This document shows, one piece after another, positions 38,170 to 46,340 of a DNA stretch of 64,000 nt. The stretch covers positions 5,704,001 through 5,768,000 of the forward strand of contig JBHGNT010000009.1 in NCBI GenBank assembly GCA_043228905.1. Reading direction: 5' to 3'. A program made the translations under genes and the position numbers. Source of the stretch: Azolla caroliniana (Eukaryota; Plantae; Polypodiophyta). Positions within the stretch are counted from its first letter, which is position 1; each line of letters starts with the position of its first letter. The notes below the pieces were generated by a model. That model had not been told where the DNA came from. It did not search any database and was given only the letters and a program-made list of their open reading frames with translations.

Positions 38170-38426
38170 GTCTTCTTCAATTGATTGTATTATTTTTTTA
38201 CTCTCTCTTGATTCCTTGATTCCCTTTTGTTTTCCTTTCCTCTCTTTTTATAAGTATTTCCATGCATATGGTAATGTCATGCATGTAATGCATGAGTTAC
38301 ATCTGATGCATGATCGCCATTTGGCGCACATGCATTGCATGTGATGCATGATAGCCATCATGCTCATTTGAGCTCCCATGTATTGGGATAAGTATAATGA
38401 TGGATATAACCCTAAAACAAATAACC

Positions 38427-38619
38427 TAGCTTAGTGGTGTATGGTTTATGCTTGATATACAAGGTTGAGGGTTCAAGTCCCTCAATTTTACTTAATACAA
38501 TATATAGCTTCATTCTTATATCATGAAGCACATTTATTATACACTTTTACAAATAAATAGCCTAGCCTAGTGGTGTGTACATTGTACATCGTATATAAGG
38601 ATGTGGGTTCAAGTCTCTC
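38427..38619 (+). promoter_or_regulatory. Two tRNA-like A/B-box cassettes in LTR E (copies at 44956 and 45092)
   Basis: TAGCTTAGTGG 38427 with GAGGG-TTCAAGT-CCCTC (B-box 38470); TAGCCTAGTGG 38563 with GGTTCAAGTC 38606. Confidence 0.7.
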
Positions 38620-38673
38620 AAATATTATTAAATACAACATTTAAGCTCATTTTTATATCGTGAAGCACATTCT

Positions 38674-41600
38674 TCACGACACCCACCCCCTCTGAACTTG
38701 CACATTGGTTGTGCAGAGTTCATCCAACACTTCTTCCGATTCTTTTAGTTCTTCTACTTCTTCATAAAATTCAGGCTCTAATGACTCCCTCCTTTTAAAT
38801 ATTTTAATCCTTTTTCCTGCAATTGGGATACGAATTTCTGTCCCATCTAATTCATTGAGGAAATATGTGGCTTTATCTGTTATTTTCCTAACTTCATAAG
38901 GTCCAAACCATCTTTTTGCAAACTTCCGAATAGTACTGTATTGATTATCTAGGCTATTATCATATACTAATACCCAATCTCCCTCTTGCACCTTTCTTGG
39001 TCGTATTCTTTTCATCTTGTCAAATCTGTCCTTATTCTTGATTCTTGCCTCTTTCAATCTAGTAGCTGCTTTTTCTATGTCTTCTATCCTTGATTGAAGT
39101 TGTCGTATTCGAACCGCAAGTAAATCTTCCCTACTCATTTCTGATTCCCAAGGCAACACAGCCCATGTAGTTATCTTTTCTTCAATTGGCATTATTGGCT
39201 TCTGTCCTGTGATTAATTCTGCAGGCATATATCCAGTAACAGTGCTGTGAGTTGTCCTATTAGCCCATAGTGCATAGGGTAAGGTTTTTGGCCAATCACT
39301 AACCCGTCCTCTACATGCCTTTGCCAAAGCTTTGACTATTGGCCCATGTCCCCTTTCTACCTTTCCATTAGCTTCTGGATTGTACGCCGTTGTCAAAGAA
39401 AGCCAAATTCCTATTTTGTCGAAAAAATCTTGAGCTTCCGCAGAATTGAGTTCTCCCCTATCTGCCACTATCTTCCCGATACATCCATATCTACAAACAA
39501 TGTCCTCCAAGATGAATTGACATACTCCTAATGTCCCTTTTGTTCTCAATGAACGACCTTCCACTTGATTTGTTAGATCTTCTCTAGCAAGAACCAAGTA
39601 TCTCTTTTGTCCGACTCCAAGTGGCATTGTTACCAAATCTATCATCCACTTGTAATGCACCCCCGGTGAGTATGTTGGGTGTAATTCATCACAAAATTTT
39701 ACATTTGAATAATATTGACAAGTGGGACAAGTTTCCACATACTTTTTTATTTGCTCATAGTATCGAGGCCACCAAAATCGTTCTTTAATCTTACTGAAAG
39801 TGGCCCACACTCCTCGATGACCAGCCCATTCTTTGTCATGCAACTCTTTGATTATCTCCTTTCTTTGCCCTTCAGAACCTATTACTCTTTGCGGGTTTCC
39901 AGTCTTGGTTTTCGGATGTCGCCATAGATATCCTTCATACAGGAAGAACTTATGGGCTTTCTTGCGAAACTGTGCGAACTCTTTTCCAGATCGACCTTTG
40001 TACTTGTTAGGGGTTTGTAGGTATTTCCCTATTTCCTTGAATTCATCTTCATACTCCTCTTCTAGAAACTGCATTCCTCCTTCCCGAGTAATGCTTGTGG
40101 TAAGGACTGTTTGTTCTTTGTCCTCATCGTCCGAGTCTGGAATCTCCTCTTCCTCATACCTTGCTCTTGATAACATATCTGCTACTGCATTTCTATTCCC
40201 AGAGATATGTCGAACTTCAGGGTTGATTGATCTAATATAGATACACCATCTTAACATGGCTTGATCTGGAATATCACAATTAGCTATGATACCCAGAATA
40301 GGCAAACAATCTGTTTCTATTATTACTTCAGCACCAATTAAGTAATCTCTGTCTATCTTTACAGCTGTTACTATCCCCCATAGGTCTCTTTTCACCTGTG
40401 CATATTTTCTTTGTCGACCACTAAGAACCTTTGCCCCGAATCGGACTGGATACCTTTCTTCCCTATCTTGTTGGCTTATCACCCATCCAATTCCAATGGG
40501 ACTAGAGTCTACTGTGAGATATATGGGCCGGGTGTAGTCTGGTTGCTTTAATGGTGGAGCTTGTGCCAAGTAGTACTTCAATTTCTTCATTGCCTCTGAA
40601 TGCTCTTCACTCCATTCAAATGTCTCTCCTTTTCTTAGGAGTCTATATAAAGGTTCAGATAAATGGGCATAATGCGGAATCCATTTACAGTAAAAAACAC
40701 ATACCCCCAGAAACCTTCGTACTTCTGAGATGGATGTACATTCCTCTTGCATATTTTGAATTGCATTGACCTTGGTTGGGGATGGCTTTCTCCCATACGG
40801 GCCACACATATGACCAACTATTAATATCTCTTTTGCCCCAAATATTGACTTCGCCCCTGATAAGGTCAAATGCACTTCTTCCATCCTTGATAGCACCTTC
40901 TCACAATCCTTGATATGATCAGCAACGAATTGACGGCAACCACTTTCGTCCAATTCCTCGTTCTTCTCTTCCTCCTTGCATCCCTTAATTGGAACATCAT
41001 CTAGAAAAGGCATTGTAATATGAGGAATAAAATCACGAAGTACCTTGTTCATTCCATTCATCATATGCGCCACTGAGTTGGTCGCTCCTTGCGGCAAGGT
41101 GCACATCCGTACTAACCCTATAGGTGTCTTGATAGAAGTTATATCTCGACTTTTGATAGCAAGTTGAAATTGATCATATCCGGAATAAAGGTCTCCCATT
41201 GAATATATAGCTCTTCCTGCAAACATCTCAGCAAACTCATCCACAATTGGTCCTACTCCCGAGTTTCGGATTGTTACCTTATTCACGGGTTGCATATCTT
41301 GGATAAATCGGAGTCGCCCATCTTTCTTTAACACAGTGAACCATCGACTCGAGTAAGGAGCGTTCGATGGTTCCAAGATACCCATCCTTATCTTTTCTTT
41401 CAAAAGTTCTAATAGTTGAGGGATTCTAGCCCTAGGCATGGGTATTGGCTTAAAGTTCCATGGAATATGAGGGATAGTGAATATAACCATGGGCTCCACA
41501 ATTTCTGGATCCACACACCCTATTTCTTCCGGTTGGAATGCGAACGCCTTTCCATGCCTTTTTAACATCTCCCTGAACTGCTTTTCTTCAGCGGGTAATA

Positions 41601-41925
41601 GGAAGTCACCCCCTCCTATTTTCATCCCTTGTATTGTTTCCGGAGTAAACACATGTCCTACCTTTCGTGGGTCTCTGATCATTGGCTCTGTGGCTGCTTC
41701 TTTGATTGCCTTTTCACTATCCCCTGGAAGTGGAGCAGCAATAGGACGAACCTTCTTCTCCACTGTCTTGTATTTTGTTAGTACATGTGCTTCATGATCC
41801 TTTCGAGCAACTTCTTCAATGACCTCATACATCTTGATTGAATGGACAGGAACTTGGATTTCGTTGTCTTCTTCCATTGCTTCCAAATGAGTTATTGTAT
41901 CTTCAAAACTTAATTCTTCAAACAT
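38674..41925 (-). CDS. pol: Gypsy Pol (RT-RNase H-integrase); frame open upstream to the slippery site at ~42138
   Basis: PQGATNS, FLDD, VDSS..TDC..ADMLSR, H-x6-H..CxxC, DDE integrase, GPY; no chromodomain. Confidence 0.95.
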   Translation of the reverse strand: MFEELSFEDTITHLEAMEEDNEIQVPVHSIKMYEVIEEVARKDHEAHVLTKYKTVEKKVRPIAAPLPGDSEKAIKEAATEPMIRDPRKVGHVFTPETIQGMKIGGGDFLLPAEEKQFREMLKRHGKAFAFQPEEIGCVDPEIVEPMVIFTIPHIPWNFKPIPMPRARIPQLLELLKEKIRMGILEPSNAPYSSRWFTVLKKDGRLRFIQDMQPVNKVTIRNSGVGPIVDEFAEMFAGRAIYSMGDLYSGYDQFQLAIKSRDITSIKTPIGLVRMCTLPQGATNSVAHMMNGMNKVLRDFIPHITMPFLDDVPIKGCKEEEKNEELDESGCRQFVADHIKDCEKVLSRMEEVHLTLSGAKSIFGAKEILIVGHMCGPYGRKPSPTKVNAIQNMQEECTSISEVRRFLGVCVFYCKWIPHYAHLSEPLYRLLRKGETFEWSEEHSEAMKKLKYYLAQAPPLKQPDYTRPIYLTVDSSPIGIGWVISQQDREERYPVRFGAKVLSGRQRKYAQVKRDLWGIVTAVKIDRDYLIGAEVIIETDCLPILGIIANCDIPDQAMLRWCIYIRSINPEVRHISGNRNAVADMLSRARYEEEEIPDSDDEDKEQTVLTTSITREGGMQFLEEEYEDEFKEIGKYLQTPNKYKGRSGKEFAQFRKKAHKFFLYEGYLWRHPKTKTGNPQRVIGSEGQRKEIIKELHDKEWAGHRGVWATFSKIKERFWWPRYYEQIKKYVETCPTCQYYSNVKFCDELHPTYSPGVHYKWMIDLVTMPLGVGQKRYLVLAREDLTNQVEGRSLRTKGTLGVCQFILEDIVCRYGCIGKIVADRGELNSAEAQDFFDKIGIWLSLTTAYNPEANGKVERGHGPIVKALAKACRGRVSDWPKTLPYALWANRTTHSTVTGYMPAELITGQKPIMPIEEKITTWAVLPWESEMSREDLLAVRIRQLQSRIEDIEKAATRLKEARIKNKDRFDKMKRIRPRKVQEGDWVLVYDNSLDNQYSTIRKFAKRWFGPYEVRKITDKATYFLNELDGTEIRIPIAGKRIKIFKRRESLEPEFYEEVEELKESEEVLDELCTTNVQVQRGWVS

Positions 41926-42074
41926 ATCCTGAATTTCTTCATCATCATCTATTAATCCAGAACACTTAAAGTACTCGAAAGCATTTTGTATTTTATTATT
42001 ATTTACTTTTAGTATAAAAGTAGCACCATTAGATGAGATTGTACAAGGAATATCTTTATTTACATTATTATTTA

Positions 42075-42138
42075 TGGGGTTTTCTTTTATGCTCGGGCTA
42101 TCACAGCCCCTACCTGTAAAAGCCCTATCTAAAAATCC
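42075..42138 (-). other. Predicted -1 ribosomal frameshift signal
   Basis: G GAU UUU UAG followed by a GGGCU..ACAG/CUGU..AGCCC stem; loop GGGG can pair with downstream CCCC. Confidence 0.75.
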
Positions 42139-44243
42139 TGGGAAAACTCTTCATCCATCTCTTGAATTGGATGTTCCCTCAAGCATTCTTTGTTTCTTTC
42201 ATGGTTGGGCCTCACGGTTAAGAATTGGACAGTCTTTCTTCCATCTTGACTCTTGATTCTCGCGAAAGCCGAACCATCATCAATAACCTTTGTTTCCATC
42301 CTCACTGCGGTGATGTAGGGCTGGCCAAGGATGACGGGGTAGGTTGATCGATCCTGCACAAAGAAATTTTGATTCACCGAGACATCACCAATTGTTACCT
42401 TCACACTAGGACATGCTCCGAATAGATCCTCCGTAGTTTCTGTGGCAGCTCTTATTTTCCACCCATGATTCTTGTCGATCGGCCATCGTCCTCGAGCGTA
42501 AAATTCCGATGACATCATGTTAATCTCTGATCCATGATCAATCAAAGCAATACATGGAATTTGCTGCTCCCCAATTTTTGCAGGTGCCTCCGTTGTTGCT
42601 CGAGCCCAATGGTCCCTTGTATAGTGACTCCTATCCCCTTCATGGACGCCAACATCATTCTGGTTTTTTACACTTGCAGCATTGATGGTGCCACCATACA
42701 AATCTTGGAGTGTTGTTGCACACCCTCCCGTAATTTCCTCCGTCACCTGTCTCTTCCTTCTAATAATATCTATGATAACTTCATGAAATTCTTTCTTTGC
42801 TATACCCAACACTTCTCTTAAAGTAAATTCTACCTTACTATTTAATATTCTTGTTTCTAGTACCTTTTTTATATCCGTCGTTGTTTCTATGTCTGAGGCA
42901 AGCTTGAAAGATGGGCCTGTCTTTCCTTTTACTTTATCAGCTTCCTTCGGCTCAATAGCACCCTTTTCCATCTCCCTTCTCTTTTGTTCTCGTGTCTCAT
43001 GTCTCTTTGTCGAATCAGCTTCCTCAGCTCTCTTCCGCTTCTCTTCCACTAGCACATCTTGTGCATTCACTTGGGCGAATGCTGATAGCGCGTCTACTGG
43101 ATCACTCCATCCAGTGAAGTTTCGTATTTCATCTCCCGCTCTTTTTAATTCATCCACTCGAACCTTCCCTTTTCTTGCATAATCCATCACATCTTGCCAA
43201 AAGCCAGATCCACCATATGAGTCTTCTACGCGCAATCCTAAGGTTGCCACGGATTGTATCGCTTGAGTCGTTTCTCTCTCGGCATCTTCCATTAACCTTT
43301 TCATTCCTCCTCGCCCGAAGTTGAGTTGAAGTGGTTGTCGAGTCTCAGTTGAGTGAATCTTGCCATCTTGATAGTAGATTTTATTATGATTAAGAGCATC
43401 CCTATGCTCTTGACAATCTTTCTTCTGGTGGTCGATACTATCACACCACATACACCTTCGGACCATTCCACCTCCTTGCCTTGATGAAGTCGAGCTTTGT
43501 CCCGATTCTAGCTTCGTCACTTTGATCGACAAGTCTTTCATGCCTTTCACTAATTCGTGTAAGAGTGATTCTTCTACTTTCTTTTCTCCTGACTCGTTCC
43601 CTGTTTCTTCATCATTTCTGTCGGGCAACTCCATAAACCATAACTTTCTTTTGCAGAAATGGGCGCACGCCCTTTTCACCTCCTCCCAATCTTCGGTAAG
43701 TCCACTTGGACTATTCTGATCTTCTAAAAGCATTCCCAAGTCCTTCCTGTCTTTAATATTAGTAGCTTGTAGAAACAATATTACTTTATCTGGCACTATT
43801 ATATTTCTATCTCTAACATTTAGTTGCTCAAATCTTTCAGAAAACTCTTTTAATACTTCCAAAACACTTAAATGTTTATTAGACTCTACCCAATCCATGA
43901 AAGCTCGCCCTGTCATCCTTGACATATCGTTGAGGTTGTATTCATTGAGTAATGCCCTTTCGAATGTTGTCCATGTCTGATTCTCCCTTTGGAGCTCTTG
44001 GATCTTCTCTTGTAGCCCAATCGCAGCGACTCGACTAAAGCTATTAATTTTTGTAGCTTCGTCGACACCGCGTTTAAGCATTTCTTCATTATAAATCTTC
44101 AAAAATCTTGTTAAATTTATACCTTCGAAGATTCCTACTCGTGCGAGAATATTGTCGACGGCTTTGTCGATGCTTGCCATCATCCCTTGTTCCCGCATCA
44201 CTCGTTCCATCATCGTACACATAAGCCTCATTTGCTCCTCCAT
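42129..44243 (-). CDS. gag: Gypsy Gag-protease
   Basis: 704 aa; CMWCDSIDHQKKDC knuckle; ALIDHGSEIN and ILGQPY protease motifs. Confidence 0.93.
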   Translation of the reverse strand: MEEQMRLMCTMMERVMREQGMMASIDKAVDNILARVGIFEGINLTRFLKIYNEEMLKRGVDEATKINSFSRVAAIGLQEKIQELQRENQTWTTFERALLNEYNLNDMSRMTGRAFMDWVESNKHLSVLEVLKEFSERFEQLNVRDRNIIVPDKVILFLQATNIKDRKDLGMLLEDQNSPSGLTEDWEEVKRACAHFCKRKLWFMELPDRNDEETGNESGEKKVEESLLHELVKGMKDLSIKVTKLESGQSSTSSRQGGGMVRRCMWCDSIDHQKKDCQEHRDALNHNKIYYQDGKIHSTETRQPLQLNFGRGGMKRLMEDAERETTQAIQSVATLGLRVEDSYGGSGFWQDVMDYARKGKVRVDELKRAGDEIRNFTGWSDPVDALSAFAQVNAQDVLVEEKRKRAEEADSTKRHETREQKRREMEKGAIEPKEADKVKGKTGPSFKLASDIETTTDIKKVLETRILNSKVEFTLREVLGIAKKEFHEVIIDIIRRKRQVTEEITGGCATTLQDLYGGTINAASVKNQNDVGVHEGDRSHYTRDHWARATTEAPAKIGEQQIPCIALIDHGSEINMMSSEFYARGRWPIDKNHGWKIRAATETTEDLFGACPSVKVTIGDVSVNQNFFVQDRSTYPVILGQPYITAVRMETKVIDDGSAFARIKSQDGRKTVQFLTVRPNHERNKECLREHPIQEMDEEFSQDF

Positions 44244-44282
44244 TTCTCCTCGTCGCCGCCTTCACGTCGGGTTCACCAAATG

Positions 44283-44417
44283 TGTCGGGGTAGTTGTGGT
44301 TCGTGCGGCGAAGTCGCGGGGACTAAGGTTAAGGGGAGTTGAAGAAACTTAAGTTTAATAAGGCTTGTATGGTGATGATAGAATGGTTAAGGATAGTAAG
44401 ATGAAGAGTTACAAGTA

Positions 44418-44471
<54 letters not shown>

Positions 44472-45210
44472 CGAGCATAGATAAAAGATAGAGACAATGT
44501 ATGATTCAAGAAAGAAGATTGAGACAAAGTATGATTCAAAGAACAAGAGTATATGATATAAACATGATGTATATTAAAAATATAATATTTTACCAACTTT
44601 CCAATCCTTGATCGCAAGATGAATCTTTTCAATACCGACCCTTGATTTGAACCCTCGACCTCAACTTCGAAACGAGAGGTTCTCCACCCAATGAGCTAGT
44701 CTTCTTCAATTGATTGTATTATTTTTTTACTCTCTCTTGATTCCTTGATTCCCTTTTGTTTTCCTTTCCTCTCTTTTTATAAGTATTTCCATGCATATGG
44801 TAATGTCATGCATGTAATGCATGAGTTACATCTGATGCATGATCGCCATTTGGCGCACATGCATTGCATGTGATGCATGATAGCCATCATGCTCATTTGA
44901 GCTCCCATGTATTGGGATAAGTATAATGATGGATATAACCCTAAAACAAATAACCTAGCTTAGTGGTGTATGGTTTGTGCTTGATATACAAGGTTGAGGG
45001 TTCAAGTCCCTCAATTTTACTTAATACAATATATAGCTTCATTTTTATATCATGAAGCACATTTATTATAGACTTTTACAAATAAATAGCCTAGCCTAGT
45101 GGTATGCACATTGTACATCGTATATAAGGATGTGGGTTCAAGTCTCTCAAATATTATTAAATACAACATTTAAGCTCATTTTTATATCGTGAAGCACATT
45201 CTTCACGACA
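44283..45210 (-). repeat. 5' LTR of E
   Basis: Adjacent to the Trp PBS. Confidence 0.96.
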
Positions 45211-45283
45211 GCGCGTAACGTGACAGCGTGCCGATAAAGAGTCGGTTTGGTGGAGAACCCCATGCCGGAGTGAAGGGGGAATT

Positions 45284-45836
45284 TGTTGGGAAATAGGTCC
45301 CTCCAGATGGGAAGAGAAGAGCCAGGTTGATGAGTAACTTGGCAGAGACTGAAATCGAAATCGAGGATATAGCCAACTCGGGAGACTATATTTATAAATA
45401 GTCGAAATGTGCCCCATGTGGGCCATGTATGTAAATAGCCATAAAGTTGTATAAGTATATATACAATTAGGGCCAACTTTAGAAAAGTGTAGTTGATCAT
45501 TGTTGTAAAGTTAGAACGATGAAGTTGCCTCTATAATTGTGAGCGAGAGACAGAGACAATTAGCGTGTAACTTTGCAGCCGTCTATTGATGAAAAAGATC
45601 TTGAGGTTGTCGCCTCTGAGTTTCTTGTTGTACTTCCTCTCTATCATAGTGTGATTCTGTTTCTCGGGGTTTGTGGACCCCCGTGGGTCTTCCCTTGTCG
45701 GGTTTTCCACGTAAAACATTTGGTGTGTCTCTGTACTTGTCTTTCTGTCTTCACATTTCTTGTCTATGTACTAGCTCTCTTGTTTTGCACCTGAATACAA
45801 ACGTGAAACCCGGTTGTGGTCGGTCAATTCTCAACA
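45284..45836 (+). repeat. 3' LTR of C3
   Basis: TGTTG..CAACA after the PPT; homologous to the C2 LTR. Confidence 0.85.
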
Positions 45837-45891
45837 TGCAACACGTTCATGAGCCTCCCCTTCTCTCTGACATGGCTGATGGGGACTTCAT

Positions 45892-46340
45892 TGTTAATCC
45901 TTAGGGCCGGACAATGGCCTAACACAGGGTGTCTCCGGAAGACACTTCACCAAAGGGGTGTTACGACGAGATAACTTAAGACACAACGATTAATTCGATT
46001 TAATTGGCTACTTAGCAATAAGGCATTCACTTAATACACGCATAAGATATAACAATTAATACAGAACAGTAATCAATACGTGAAGATCAAACAAGAAGCT
46101 TATATTAATTCTCCGTTAAAGTTATACATTGTAACCGGGCCTTTATATAGGTCACTGGTGCTACATACAAAACGGTGCAAACCGGCACCTGTTTGGAACC
46201 GGTCCGGATCCAGATCGGCATACCGATTCCGGTCCGTCTGTTCACTACATAATTATAATCTACTTTACTTAATTAAAATATATTCCGAATAACCATCCCT
46301 TTCACATTCTGGTCTCTGCTCCTTTGCCGGCCGGGTAACA
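45892..46340 (-). repeat. Solo LTR related to element I
   Basis: TGTTA..TAACA. The reverse complement aligns with both ends of 60896-61285 (ACCCCTTTGG..GTGTC..GACAC..CCGGCC). No TSD. Confidence 0.75.

Larger units (their letters stand above)
37750..38681 (-). repeat. 3' LTR of E with (GT)n(GA)n microsatellite
   Basis: Differs from 44283-45210 by roughly ten substitutions plus microsatellite length. Confidence 0.96.
37750..45210 (-). mobile_element. Full-length, apparently intact non-chromoviral Ty3/Gypsy element E
   Basis: LTRs 37750-38681 and 44283-45210; 4-bp TSD GCGC; Trp PBS at 44261-44278; PPT at ~38682-38693; two uninterrupted ORFs. Confidence 0.97.
32623..45225 (+). mobile_element. 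Non-autonomous gag-only Gypsy F (Trp PBS), with E nested in its 3' LTR
   Basis: LTRs 32623-33415 and 36975-37749 plus 45215-45225. 4-bp TSD GCGT (32619-32622, 45226-45229). PBS at 33420-33437; PPT at ~36963-36974. No PR, RT or INT motifs seen inside. Confidence 0.92.
29023..45836 (+). mobile_element. Copia C3 (Tnt1/Tork-like), 5' truncated, interrupted by F and E
   Basis: Degenerate gag to RNase H at 29023-32622; resumes at 45226; PPT GAAGGGGGAA at ~45272-45281; 3' LTR 45284-45836. Confidence 0.88.

Noticed and set aside
14953-45836. C2 5' LTR and C3 3' LTR as ends of one element
   Set aside because: The LTRs are clearly divergent, there is no TSD, and the coding domains occur twice.
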